Part shown: positions 1 to 13,228 of the stretch, one piece after another | Numbering within the stretch: the first letter of the stretch is position 1 | How the letters are laid out: every line of letters begins with the position of its first letter | Source of the DNA: the human T2T-CHM13v2.0 reference genome, Homo sapiens | Length of the DNA stretch: 64,000 bases | Strand: one strand, 5' to 3' | Assembly: GCF_009914755.1 (NCBI RefSeq) | Contig: NC_060938.1 | The notes under the pieces: generated by a model | Database searches by the model: none | What the model was told of the DNA's origin: nothing | Seen by the model: only the letters and a program-made list of their open reading frames with translations | Program-made: the position numbers and the translations under genes

Positions 1-820
1 AAAAGAAGACATTTATGCAGCCAAAAAACACGTGAAAAAATGCTTATCATCACTGGCCATCAGAGAAATGCAAATCAAAACCACAAAGAGATACCATCTC
101 ACACCAGTTAGAATGGCGATCATTAAAAAGTCAGGAAACAACAGGTGCTGGAGAGGATGTGGAGAAATAGGAACACTTTTACACTGTTGGTGGGACTGTA
201 AACTAGTTCAACCATTGTGGAAGTCAGTGTGGCGATTCCTCAGGGATCTAGAACTAGAAATACCATTTGACCCAGCCATCCCATTACTGGGTATATACTC
301 AAAGGACTATAAATCATGCTGCTATAAAGACACATGCACACTTATGTTTATTGCAACACTATTCACAATAGCAAAGACTTGGATCCAACCTGAATGTCCA
401 ACAACGATAGACTGGATTAAGAAAATGTGGCACATATACACGATGGAATACTATGCAGCCATAAAAAATGATGAGTTCATGTCCTTTGTAGGGACATGGA
501 TGAAATTGGAAACCATCATTCTCAGCACACTAGCTCAAGGACAAAAATCCAAACACCGCATGTTCTCCCTCATAGGTGGGAATTGAACAATGAGAACACA
601 TGGATACAGGAAGGGGAACATCACACACCATGGACTGTTGTGGGTTAGGGGAAGGGGGCAGGGATAGCATTAGGAGATATACCTAATGCTAAATGATGAG
701 TTAATGGGTGCAGCACACCAACATGGCACATGTATACATATGTAACAAACCTGCACGTTGTGTACATGTACCCTAAAACTTATAGTATAATAATAATAAA
801 ATAAAATAAAAATATATAAA
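1..820 (+). mobile_element. L1PA (about PA4/PA5) 3' end: ORF2 C-terminus, 3' UTR and A-rich tail; runs off the window start
   Basis: ORF 32-586 is the L1 ORF2p C-terminus ([26 protein letters not shown]...SLIGGN*), followed by the typical 3' UTR and a TAATAATAAAATAAAA tail. Confidence 0.97.
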
Positions 821-821
821 A

Positions 822-1830
822 GAGAGGAAGTAAGCCATGCTGATTCCTGATGAGAAAGCATTCCAAGCAAAGGGGACCACACATGCAAAGGCCCTGATGC
901 AGAAGCACAACTGCCTGGTGTCTTTGAAGATTGAAAAATAGAGGGGAGACTGACTGGACTAGACATCAGAGAAGTGTCAGGGGACAAGATGGTTTAAAAC
1001 ATTCCTAGCCATGGAAGGCTTTAAGCAGATGAAAACATTATTTGCCTTATGCTTTGAAAAGACTTACTCTGGATCACCTGAGGTCAGGAGTTTGAGACCT
1101 GCCTGGCCAACATGGCAAAACCCCATCTCTATTAAAAACACAAAAATTAGCAAGGCTTGGTTGTGCATGCCTGTAGTCCCAGCTACTTGGGAGGCTGAGG
1201 CAGGAGAATCACTTGAACCCAGGAGTTAGAGGTTGTAGTGAACCCAGATTCCACCACTGCACTCCAGCCTGGGCGACAGAGGAGACTCCGTCTCAAAAAA
1301 AAAATAAATAAATAAATAAGGACTTACTCTGGTTGCTCAGTGAAGAAAAAAGTACAGGGAGAAAGAGAAAGTGGGAGAGGAGTTGGGAGGCTATTTCCAT
1401 AATCCATGAAAGCAATGACGTAAAGTGAAGCAGGGTGTACATAATGGGTGTGGCAAGGGAAGCTCAGATTCTTAATACAGTTCAACAGTGTATGCCGATA
1501 TGAGGTGTAAGAAACAAAGAGGGGTCAAGACAAGTTTTCTGGCCTAATGGCTGGTACACTGGAAGTGCTATTTACTGAGACGGAGACGACTGAGGAGTGT
1601 TGGGCCCAGGGGTTGAAGGTGGAGGATCAAGAATTCCCTTATGGATGTGTGGTAGTTGAGTTGTCTATTAGTCTTCCAAGTGGTGATAATCGGCAGATAA
1701 TTAGATATGAGTCTAAATTTTAGAGGAGAGGTAGGAGCTGGAAATATGTGTTCATGGACCACGCACATATACATGGAATTTAATGCCATTGGGCTTCATG
1801 AGATCACAGAGGCAGGAGTGCACCAAGAAA
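822..1830 (-). mobile_element. L2 LINE fragment interrupted by an Alu
   Basis: Degenerate L2 motifs such as AGCATTCCAAGCAAAGGGGACCACACATGCAAAGGCCCTG and GGAGGCTATTTCCATAATCCA; boundaries approximate. Confidence 0.7.
1071..1320 (+). mobile_element. 5'-truncated AluS
   Basis: Starts GGATCACCTGAGGTCAGGAG and has a full right arm and A tail; target-site duplication (TSD) GACTTACTCTGG at 1061-1072 and 1321-1332. Confidence 0.95.
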
Positions 1831-2399
1831 AACGGTTGAGAATGGTTAAAAGGTAAATGTTCCTTCTACATTTTGAATTTATAGAAATAATGACACAGTA
1901 GCCAGTTGCTGAAACGCTACCCAGTTCAGAGTAAAACAAATTTCCTATTTTATCAAATCATTGAATGCCATTTAAAATTCATAATACTTACAGAGATCCC
2001 AAATATCTTAATAAAGATGAAAGCCCAAGTTCACATTGGTGGCCTAGACTCTGCCTTCCCTGATCGTCTATTTAAAAATAACAATAATGATAATAATAAG
2101 AAGAAATATTCATGGATCACTAGATATGGTGAAATACACTCAAAGGTAGATTCATTTCTTTTCTACTATACCCTTGTAACTATCAGTCTATAAAATAGTT
2201 TTATTAGAAAGGCACAGTCACCCTCAAGCCAATAGCAGCTTATAAACACGGGGCAAGGAGCCTGGTGTGGGGAGGCTGAGAAATAATTGAGAGAACCAGT
2301 AGATATGAAGCTAACAACACTGTCGAGCAGAATGAGGCAGATAAGCCAGAGGCAGTGCAAATGGCCGGTCAAGACAGGTAGACAGACAGAAGTCAGGAG

Positions 2400-2990
2400 T
2401 GAGAGACGGGAGGTGCAAAGTGCAATAAAACACTCAAGAACCAGTGAATCCATGGGAGCTTACTGCGAGGGGGCGCATGAAGGGAGGAGCATCCAGGTAG
2501 AGGGGAAGGAATGGAGGTGTAAGCAGGAGGCAGAAGGGCACAAGCTATTTGATATGTTTGGAGAGCGAGGTGCTTTTCTGAGGCTGAGAAAATAACTGGA
2601 AGCCAGAATCTGGAGGACTGGGTAGACCATGTTAAACAGCAAGCACTTGATTCTGCACGTGTTGGACTCCAGTGCAGGGCTTCTAAGCAAGGCAGTGACA
2701 TGATCACATCACATTTTAGGAAGGGTACAAATTAGGCATGGCCACAGGCAGGAAGACCCGAGAGATCTCTTACAGTCAGGGATAAGAGTCTAAACGACAA
2801 GGTGGCCATGAACAAAGAAAGAAGACTGAAGAGACTTTAGAGGGCAGGCCCCACGGGACCTGAGTGAAGGGGTTTGGGAGACTCACAGCTTTCTGCTGTG
2901 AAGTCAAGGATATCACAAACTATCGGAATGAAAGAAACAGTCCTAGGGCTAGGGGTAGGTGGATGAATGTGGCTCCATTTTGAACAAGAG
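2400..2990 (-). mobile_element. Old L2 fragment
   Basis: GGAGGAGCATCCAGGTAGAGGGGAAG and TTCTAAGCAAGGCAGTGACATGATCACATCACATTTTAGGAAG resemble L2. Confidence 0.55.
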
Positions 2991-5009
2991 GAGAAAATTC
3001 AGGTAATTCATTTTGATTGATCAAGCAAAATAATTTGCAGCTGAACATTATAGAAGCAACAACAATTCTTATGATATTGGGGTATAGGAAACAGGCTCAA
3101 GAAAGCACAGTATTTCCTGTTTCTCTTCTGATTCAATAAATAATATTTTCTGTTAAGGTTTTTCATAACTGTTATTTTAATTAATCAAAAGGAGACAAGA
3201 TAAATTTGAAATTAAAAGCATAAGAAAATCAGTTGTCTTTTTAGAAAAGGTGAGTCAGTATTTCCTATGGTCTTAAATCATCCTTCAAATAATGGTCCAT
3301 GAAACAAATGAGATCCTACTTATCTAGCCTTTTCCTTGATAGATTAAAAACTGTACCAAAATCTTACTATATTGCAAAGACACTAGTTCACTCAATTGAG
3401 AATCCTCAGTATACAAACATATAAATCAAGGGAACTTTAAAACCAATCATTGTGTTCAAAATGGGAAGATTATTCCAAATTTTTTCTACATATTTTAGAA
3501 TAATTTCACAGTTAAACACCCTGTAGCTTATAAAATCATTATCCAGTATTTAATAAAGTATATCTATAACAATATCAACATTGGAATTTAACAGTTTACA
3601 AAGCACTTTTGATACATCACATTTACATGAAGGCGGCAATGAGTTCAGTACATTCATGCAGATTAGAAAACAGTAGTTTTTGAAGATTGTATTTGTTCAT
3701 GTAAGTCAGAAGGTTTGAACTATTTCCTACCCCTGCTATGGGTTTAAGCCTAAGAAATGTTATTCATTATGATTTGGTCTTTAAATAAATCACGAAGGTA
3801 GAGGGTAGAGCACACCCCATGAATGCATTGAGGTGCCGTAAGGCTCCAACGCCAGAGGCGGTAGGTTGGAATTTAGTTCAATCACGAATTTGTTATGAGA
3901 ACTCTGACAAGCTTCAGCTCTAAAGTAAGCTTGGAAACACAAAGAAACTCTGCTAAAAATACTGAACGCAGACACACACACACACACTCCTCTCTTTTAA
4001 GACTGGCATAGAAGATGTAAGTGTACCAACAAGCAACCTCCAAAGAGCAAATGAAACAGAAAATTCAAATGAGTGCCTGGTAGGAGTTGTAACTTCAACA
4101 AAGTGCCTCTCATATCTGCCTCATAAACCCGTACTCATTTTTCACAACTAACTCAAATAGCACCTCCTCAATGACACCTTCCCTGTTCTGCCTACAGATA
4201 TATCTGCAGACCTAGTTTATCCTCTCGCCCAGAACACAGGGCATCTTATACAGGGGGCTCTATCTACAAGGGGCTCTATGCTTTGACAAGAACTGTGAAC
4301 CTATGGGCAGCAGTTTTTCAATTCATGTTTGTGGCTCTCATTACAAATGTCCTGCCTCAGGCACCCAGCAGGTGGTAATAAATGCTGGTTGAACACTAAA
4401 ACCTTGGAATGCTACATCATTATTCTAAAGGATAGTCATTTTTTAAAACATTTTGGAAGTTCTTTTGAAACTGACTTTTTAGATTATGAAAATATCTCAG
4501 TGATAGGTTTTGATTTTCCAAGTTAGACCTTATTTTATTTTAGAAACCGTCAAAGTTATACAAAACCAAGCATGTGTCTCTGTGCATTTTGTTTTCTCTC
4601 CTCCCTTAATGGTAAGGAAGGGTTTCATCTCTTTTATAGGCCAAATGCTCCACAAATGAATGTGTTAACGAATGAACAAATTAATAAATGGCAAGAATGA
4701 GAGCTCAAACTGCATAAAAGTATACTTACTTAAAAACGAGATGTGACGATTGCTAACATGTCATAACCAGACTCTGTCCTGACTTCGGCAAGCCACAACT
4801 TTGACAATAAAGAGGAAAGAGGATCAAGTCCCTAAATACCGCAGGTGCACTAAGACCTTCTCACGTGCCCGAAGAAGATACACTTGCAGAGGAGAAATGA
4901 TGATGCAGAGGCCTGCTCCGAGATGCAGGAGGAAGTTTAATTGCCTGTGAATTTGACTGGAATGGAAGTCAAACGAGGTTTGAAAGGAAATAGAGATTGT
5001 TAAACTCCT

Positions 5010-5222
5010 GACTAGGCGATAACTGCCGTCCTTCTCTTCTATCTGTCCCTGTTACTAGGCAATAACTGCCCTCCTTCTCTTCTATCTGCCCCTGTGACTA
5101 GGCGATAACTGCCGTCCTTCTCTTCTATCTGCCCCTGTGACTAGGCGATAACTGCCCTCCTTCTCTTCTATCTGTCCCTGTGATTAGGCGATAACTGCCC
5201 TCCTTCTCTTCTATCTGCCCCT
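5010..5222. repeat. 43-bp minisatellite, about 5 copies
   Basis: Unit GACTAGGCGATAACTGCC(G/C)TCCTTCTCTTCTATCTG(T/C)CCCTGT starting at 5010, 5053, 5096, 5139 and 5182. Confidence 0.97.
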
Positions 5223-5389
5223 ACCTTGGGCCCCACATGACTCAGCACTAAAGTGCCTTGAGCAGGCTCCAGCCCAAAAGTGGCCTCCACGGGCACCACT
5301 TCCCTCTCTGCTGTCCTGCCTTGCTTTCCTCCTGGCAGGGAAGAAGGAAGGAAGGAAAGAAGACCCTGACCTGGAATCATACACATCAT

Positions 5390-5545
5390 CGCAATTCATC
5401 CACACCACAGTCCTGTAAGGTATGTGCCATTGTACTCAGAAAACTGAGGCTCAAAGAGATTGAGCAACTTATCTAAGACCTCACAGGTCCTGAGAGCAGA
5501 GCCTGGATTTCAAACACCTGGGAGACTCTGAAATCTATGTTAGCT
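5390..5545. mobile_element. MIR
   Basis: MIR core GAAAACTGAGGCTCAAAGAGATTGAGCAACTT...GCCTGGATTTCAAAC. Confidence 0.75.
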
Positions 5546-7005
5546 CTTCTATATATGGACCCAAAATGCAGCTGTACACCAGCAAGACTGACTTCCTCTT
5601 GTGGCTTATCACTATCTCTGAATATAAGAATCTTCAAAATGCTTTATAAACAATAGTAGCATCATGGGAATAAGTTCGCAAGTTCCCAGAATTATTGTTT
5701 TAGATGCACTTGAACTTTTTCTCCTTGTATAGAGTCAGGAATAAGGAAAAAGGATCCAAAGGAGAAGGAGAAAAATAAAACGGGACTGAGCCTTATACTT
5801 CTGGACCAGAACAGATAATGTTGGGATTTTCCTTCCTTTTTTTCCAGACAAATCCAATAAAGACGTCTGTTTCTGTTACCTAAAACCAACTTGAAAAGTT
5901 TGCTCCCTCCTACCTTAAGCGGCTTTGTATAGAGCCCACAGTTGAACGTTGGTTCCAATGGCAAAGGTTAATTTCAAAGTTTTTATAGTGTTATTCAAAG
6001 CACGTTTGATTTCAGCCTTGGCAACCATGGGCAGAATGTCAGCAATGCTCCCTCTATTAGCTATTGGAGAGAAAACACTGTGAAACTCTAAGACCTTGGT
6101 TATTGGGCCAATGAAACATTTATGCCCTGATCAGATGGAGGAAAACTTCAGCAGGGTTAGTGAGACACCTTCCGAGTGTACCAATGAAGCTCTTGCCTGC
6201 TGTTACAGATAAATGACTTTCATTTCACTATTGGCTTGTGCTTGAGAAGGTTATTCAATTGATTCCAGTTTTTTGCAATGCCTTGAAGGCAAATAATGTT
6301 GTAGCATCCACTGTCCTCATAATACACTGTTTCTTTTCTAAGGAAGGTTGTTGTCATAATACCCTAGATATCAACAGAAAATATTCCACTTCTTATCATA
6401 TATTAATTTGGCTCTGGAATAAGTAAATGTAACTACCAGAATGCTAATGAGGATGTTACGCTGATGTTTATTTGTGTGTTCTAATCTGTAGATAAACAGC
6501 AAGATCTCTTATAATTCATGATTCCAAGTCTCAGGCCACAGCAGGACAAGCATCAAAACATCTATTCTCCATTCGGAGTTGAGATTTCTAATAAGAATTA
6601 TATTTTATCCATAATCATAAAATAGCACCAGAAAAAGTCAATATCTAAAAATACAGATCATTGAAAAATAGATCTTTCTGCCCTTAACATAAACAAACTG
6701 TAAAATCTGAAGTTAAAATTATTCCTTGTACCAGCCTCCTAATTTACCCAGAGTTAACAGAAAAGTTATAGCAGTGCATGAAGCTCTGAGGTTTTGATGG
6801 GTGTAGATATAGACATCCAATTCTGCCATTTCACACTAGTCAGAATACCAGTCATAGAAATCCCACAGGAAAAATCATTTCTGAAGGTATCTGGTCTTAT
6901 GGATTATAAAATTAAACTTTCTTATCATTGTACCTAAACCGAAATATGCTTCCTATACAAAGAAGGTTTCTTTCAAGAGTTAAGACCACCTCCCGCCATC
7001 CCCCT

Positions 7006-7007
<2 letters not shown>

Positions 7008-7076
<69 letters not shown>

Positions 7077-7077
7077 A
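7008..7077. repeat. (CA)n(GA)n compound microsatellite
   Basis: Directly visible. Confidence 0.98.
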
Positions 7078-8784
7078 TTGAGAGCATTAGTGGTTTTCTC
7101 CCTTAGACTGATTTTTTCTTGCTGTTATTTTTAGCCACTTTGTTAACGGTGGGGTTAAAGGGCAGGATAGATGTAACACCCATTTAACATACATGTTGCA
7201 ACATCAGAGATGCTAGTCTTCGTTAAAAATACTAGTTCTAAATTCCTTCTAAAATATATTTTTAAAAATCAGTACACTTGGTACCTTGGAAATGCTGAAA
7301 TGTTATCATGAATGCTGGTTATTTGTTATGAGTCAACTGACTATTATCTTCAATATAAACTATAATTTACTGGTCTGAACCCTCTTCCTATCTTACCTGT
7401 ATATACTCAAAGGGAGTAACTTCTCATGTTTAGCAAATTGTTCTTTAGGTAATTTGTTCTTTAGCTTTTTTGTACAAAAGTACAAAATAGTTATCACAGC
7501 AAACTTTCCAGTATTTATTATTTTGAAGGTATATATTTTGGAGTGAACTTTTTTTTTTGCCATGTCAGGCTTGAGCAGGATAGCAAATATATAAATTGAG
7601 CTCTCTAATTATAATCTCAATATATGAATTCTTGCTAATTAAAATACTTTGCACAAGCAAAAACAATTGCCACGTATGTGTTTAGGAGGTAGTTAAGTAA
7701 CTCCATATAAAAATAAGTGCACTTTCCCCTCCTTTCTTCAGTGACTAGAAAACTTCCATACTTTTAAAATAATCAAATAATAATTTAGAGAGCAACAGCC
7801 CTCAACTCTTTGCTGGTGCTTATCACACTGCCTTTCTTCACTCCATTCTTAGCTCTGCTAGTTTCTTCTTGTCTGTAATGATAATAAGGGAATGTGGGTG
7901 GGTCAGCACTTCTGTGCCTTTCCAAATTTACCTTCCAAAAAGCCAACCAAATAAACAACCAAAAAATTGTGCAACAAAACACAAATAGCATTCCAACAGC
8001 TTGGCAAGTGATGCATTCACCTGAGATTGAGTGGTTTTAGGCGGTCAGTAACAAAATGCTTCTTTGCTGTCTCAGTAGAAAGGCAACAAATTCTTCAAAG
8101 AAACCAAGAAGGTTACTACCTTGACAACGTCTCTCATTACCGTCCTCCTCTTATGTCCTTTCTCTCCACATTATCTGTTGTGTGTCCACTATAGAAGGCT
8201 ACAAAACATACAGCAGAAAGGATGGCTTGAAGGCAATTGGTGTTTGTAAATAAATTCACAACAAGGTCCAAGCTGAAGAGGTGAACACATCAGCCGGGTG
8301 GGACAATTCTCAGCATGTGCAAACATAGGCAAATTCTAGCCTATGTTACATTGAAAACAATGTCAGTGCATTTTTTTCATGTTAAAGATTTTTTAAAAGC
8401 TAAAGCGTGTTCTTTGCTGTGCTGACCACAAACAAGTTTTAAGAGTTTCGGAAGTCTGGCAAAAATAGAAAAAAAAAAAAAAAAAAAAGCTGAAGCAACA
8501 TTGAACCGCACAATGTAAGCTTTGGGCATGCACAAATTTTCAAAACAAAGGAAGGAAATCATCCCTCTCTACAACATGGTTAGGCTGATTTTTAAGAAAT
8601 AAAATGTAAGATATCAGAAAAGCAAATGTTTGGCACTTACATATCCAATATCTGGCACCGTGCAGAGTAGAAGAGTGAAAGAAATAATGAAGAACAAAGT
8701 GGTTACTTTGCTTCAGGAGTTCATGATCTATAGTTAGAAACCAATATAAACATTTTGAGTATATTTCAAAGAAAGAGAAAAGCA

Positions 8785-8925
8785 GGCCGGCTGTGGTGGC
8801 TTGCACCTCTAGTAATAACACTTTGGGAGGCTGAGGTGGGAAGATTGCTTGAGCTCATGAGTTTGATACCAGCCTGAGAAACATAGTAAAACCTCATATC
8901 TATAAAAAAATTAATTTAAAAAAAG
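8785..8925 (+). mobile_element. FLAM/AluJ left monomer
   Basis: GGCCGGCTGTGGTGGCTTGCACCTCTAGTAATAACACTTTGGGAGGCTGAGG followed by an A tail. Confidence 0.85.
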
Positions 8926-9119
8926 GCAGAGCAAAAACAAATATGAAAGAAAACATTAGAAATCAGAGCTCGGGCAAAGAGTTCAACGTAAGCAAAGCAG
9001 CTCTGCCCTGGGGGACCTCTGGAGCATCCCGGCTTCCTGTAGAGGCCCCACCACATGGCCCTTTCCCATCACTGGGAACCGTCTTCTGTATCATGCCAGG
9101 ATTTTCCCCCAAACTTCTC

Positions 9120-10030
9120 AACCTAATTTATTCAGCCAAAACATATATATTTCTTGAATCCTTACTAAAAGCAAGGCACTGTTCAACTTAATGAAAATAT
9201 GTCAACGATATAAAACAAAAATGTTTACCCTATGCAAATTATATTCCAGTGAGAAAAGACAGATCATTAATAAAATAAATATGTAAAATATATAATATGC
9301 CAGAAGGTAATAAGTGGCACAGAGAAAAATTAAGTTTGGAAGGGAGCTCAGGAATGCTGGGAGCAGGTAGATGTGAAGGTAGTTAGAATGCTCAAGGAGG
9401 GAGTAATAGGCAGAAGAATGGCCTTTTTACATGTCCATATCCCTATATGGCAAAAAGGACTTATGGATGTGATGAAGTTATGGATCATGAGATGAGGAGA
9501 TTATTCTGGATTACCCATGTTGGCCCAATGTCATCACAAGAGGACTTAAAAGCAAAAGAGGGAGGCAGGAGAGTCTGAGGCAAGAAGCGTGACAGCTAGG
9601 GTCAGAATGATGTGGTTGCTGCCTGGAAGGGGGCCAGGGGCCAAGGGATGCAGGCATCCTTTAAAAGCTGGAGAAGGTAAGAAAGTGTTCTCTCTCCCCT
9701 AGAGAGAGTGTGTGTTCTTTTAGGCTACCAGAGGTGTGCTAATTTATTCCAGCAATCATAGAAAACTTATATAGATAAGGTCTCACTGAGAAGATAACAT
9801 TTGAACAAAGATTCCAAGGAGGTGAGGGCACCAGCTATGCAGATATCTGGGGAAGAGCACTCGAGGAAGAAAAGGCAGGCAAACAGCAGGGTGCCTAGCC
9901 TATGTGCATGAAGTAGAGAACACTGGGAGTCAGAAGGCTAACAGGAGACAGGTCAGAGAGAGGGACTGGGTTGGGTCAACTCACACTCAGCCTCACTGGC
10001 TATTGTAAGAACTTCAAGTTATTCTGAGAC
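9120..10030 (-). mobile_element. L2 3' region split by an MLT1 LTR
   Basis: L2-like sequence at about 9120-9390 and 9775-10030 (CTCACTGAGAAGATAACATTTGAACAAAGA). Confidence 0.65.
9400..9775 (+). mobile_element. MLT1D-like MaLR LTR
   Basis: GGCAGAAGAATGGCC...ATGGCAAAAAGGACTT...GAGATTATTCTGGATTACCC...GCAATCATAGAAAACTTATA. Confidence 0.75.
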
Positions 10031-10079
10031 ACTCAGTATAGGAGAGTCTATGAATATTTATAGAAATTCTGAACGTTTA

Positions 10080-10260
10080 CAAGATGAATAAAAGTTGTAT
10101 GCTAGCAAACCTATTGGTTGGGTGGGGGGAAGCCCAGATTTGTAGCATTTGCTGATTTCCACTGTGTAAATATTTCTACTGACGGTTTGACAAACACTTC
10201 ATAAAATTTCTGGGTACTTAATTATCAGCTCCAGGAGAGCGCTGCATGTATGACACCACA
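10080..10260. mobile_element. MER63-like hAT MITE
   Basis: GGGGAAGCCCAGATTTGTAGCATTTGCTGATTTCCACTGTGTAAATA resembles MER63. Confidence 0.55.
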
Positions 10261-10845
10261 TTTGCCAATTCCACACTAGATTCTATTGGGAACAAGCTGT
10301 ATGAGAGTCAACTGGTGGCAGAAATAAGGAAGTCCTCAATAAAAATCAGCATTTACTTTTGACAGATGTGAGATTCTGGAACTTATTTCTCTTTACTTGC
10401 TCTGCCTGGTGATTAAATTCTGATTTTAAAAGAAATAGTTTTAATTTCTTATCAGAATGCTGCCACCAAATAAATAAAATACGTACTTTAACTATATGCA
10501 ATCTTGTCTATATTATACTGTTGTCAACAGAAACATTATCAGGGGCCAACTTCATGAAAGGAGATATGTGATAGAAGATGGAGTTGTTGGAATGGAAAAA
10601 AAAAAGTCAAATTTTACTTTGGATTAATCAGAGGGAAGAAAGCAAACAGATAGGAAAGGAAAGGCAGGCTTAGCCAAGTTGAAGAGACTGAACTCGGGGC
10701 AGTGGGAGAATAGGATCATAGTTTGAAGAGAGCTGCGAGGTTGTTTAGTCCAGGTGAGGATCATAATCCCAGAAGACCCAGTCACAAACACCATAACACT
10801 GAATGTTGAAATCCTGAAAGATTAAAATTCCTAAGGTCTAAATTA

Positions 10846-13228
10846 TCTTTTTTTTAATAGAGACAGAGTGAATTGGTTCATTCTCATGCTCCCAATAAAA
10901 ACATACACGAGCCTGGGTAATTTATAAAAGAAAGAGGTTTAATTGACTCAGTTCAGTATGGCTGGGAAGGCTTCAGAAAACTTACAATCATGGTGAATGC
11001 AAACAAGAAGCAAGGCACCAGGAGGTGCTGAGCAAAAGGGGAAAAGCCCCTTATAAAACCTTCAGGTATCACTCACTGTCATGAGAACAGGATGGGGGTA
11101 AACACCCCCATGATTCAATTACCTCCAACTGGGTGCCTCCCATAACATGTAGGGATTATGGAAACTACATTTCAAGGTGAGATTTGGGTGGGGACACAGC
11201 CAAACCATATCATTCTGCCCCCAGCCCCTTCCAAATCTCATGTCCTTACATTTTAAAACATGATCATGCCTTTCTAACAGTCCCCCAAAGTCTTAGCTCA
11301 TTCCAGCATTAACCCAAATGTCCAAGTCCAAAGTCTTATCTTAGACAAGGCAAGGCCCTTCTGCCTATGAGCATGTAAAGTCAAAATTAAGTTAGTTACT
11401 TCATAGATACAATGAGGATATAGGCATTGGGTAAATACACCTGGTCCAAATGGGAGAAATTGGCCAAAATGAAGGGACTGCACGCCCCATGCAAGTCCAA
11501 AATTCAATGGGTCAGTCAAATCTTGAAGCTCTGAAATGATTTCCTTTGACTTCATGTCTCACATCCAGGTCATGCTGAAGCAAGAGGTGGGATCTCATGG
11601 CCTTGGGCAGCTCCACCCCTGTTGCTTTGCAGGGTACAGCCCTCCTTCTGGCTGCTTTCACAGGCTGGTGCTGAGTGTCTGTGGCTTTTCCAGGCAATAC
11701 AGTGTAAGCTGTCAGTGTATCTACCATTCTGGAGTCTGGAGGATGGTGGCCCTCTTCTCTCAGCTCCACTAGGCAGTGCCCCAGTGGGGACTCTGTGGGG
11801 GCTCTAACACCACATTTCCCTTCTGCACTCACTGCCCTAGCAGAGGTTCCCCATGAGGGCTCCGTCCCCATCACAAATTTGTGCCTGAACACCCAGGCGT
11901 TTCCATGCATCCTCTGAAATTTAGGTGTAGATACCCAAACCTCAATTCTTGACTTCTGTGCACCCACAGGCCCAACGCCTCATGTAAGCTGCCAAGGCTT
12001 GGGCCTTGTACCCTCTGAAGCCATGGCCTGAGCTGGACATTGGCCCTTTAGCCATGATTGGGACACAGGGCGCCAAGTCCTGAGACTGCACAGAGCAGCA
12101 AGTCCCTGCACCGAGCCCATTAAACCATTTTTTTTCCTCCTAGGCCTCCTGGTCTGTGATGGTTTGAGTTGCTGTGAAGGTCTCTGACATTCCCTGAAGA
12201 CATTTTCCCATTGTCTTGGTGATTAATATTTAGCTCCTCGTTACTTATGCAAATTTCTGCAGCTGGCTTGAATTTCTCTCCAGAAAATGGGTTTTCCTTT
12301 TCTATCTCATCATCAACCTGCAAAATTTTTAAAACTTTTATGCTTTGCTTCCTCTTGAACACTTTGCTACTTAGGAATTTATTCTGCCAGATACCCTAAA
12401 CCATGTCTCTCAAGTTTAAAGTTCCACAGATTTCTAGGGCAGGGGCAAAATGCCATCAGTCTCTTTGCATAGCAAGAGTCACCTTTATTCCAGTTCCCAA
12501 CAAGTTCTTCGTCTCCATATGAGGCCACCTCAGCCTGGACTTCATTGTCCATGTCACTATCAGCATTTTCCTCAAAACCATTCTGCAAGTCTCTAGGAAG
12601 TTCCAAACTTCCTCACATTTTTCTCTCTTCTTCCGAACCCTGCAAACTGTTCAACCTCTGCCTGTTACCCAGTTCCAAATTCACTTCCACATTTTTAGAT
12701 ATCCTTATAGCAACGCCCCACTACCTCAGTACACATTTACTGTATCAGTCCATTCTCATGCTGCTAATAAAGATATAACCAAGCTTGGGTAATTTATAAA
12801 GTAAAGAGGTTTAATTGACTCACAGTTCATCATAGCTGGGGAGGACTCAGGAAACTTACAAGCATGATAGAATGCAAAGGGGAAGCAAGTCACCTTCACG
12901 AGGTGGCAGGAAGGAGAATCACAAGCAAAGGGGGAAAAGCTCCTTATAAAACCATCAGATCTTGTGATAACTCATTCACTATCATGAGAACAGCATGGGG
13001 GTAATTGCCTCCATGATTCAATTACCTCCCACTGGGTCCCCATCATGATATGTGAGGATTATGGGAACTACAATTCAAGATGAGATTTGGTTGGAGACAC
13101 AGCCAAACCATATCATGGGGTCTCACTTTATTGCCCCGGCTGATTTCAAACTCCTGGGCTCAAGTGACCCTCCTGACTTGGCCTCCCAAAGTGCTGGGAA
13201 TACAGGCATGAGCCACCATACCCAGTCC
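10846..13228 (-). mobile_element. FLAM_C-like Alu monomer split by THE1 (pieces 10846-10868 and 13116-13228)
   Basis: T tail plus AGAGACAGAG on the left continues as TGGGGTCTCAC...GAGCCACCATACCCAGTCC on the right; TSD TAAGGTCTAAATT (10832-10844) / TAAAGTCTAAATT (13229-13241). Confidence 0.88.
10869..13115 (-). mobile_element. Full-length THE1 (THE1C/D-like) MaLR: LTR 10869-11212, internal region 11213-12740, LTR 12741-13115
   Basis: Two LTRs ending CACAGCCAAACCATATCA; internal ORF remnants typical of THE1-int (DSDMDNEVQAEV..GDEELVGNW.KGDSCYA); 5-bp TSD CAGAG/TGGGG derived from the Alu CGGGG. Confidence 0.95.

Noticed and set aside
5010-5222. CRISPR-like appearance of the 43-bp repeat (and of the 31-32 bp repeat at 17504-17789)
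   Set aside because: Units are head-to-tail with no unique spacers, there are no cas genes, and the context is primate; these are minisatellites.
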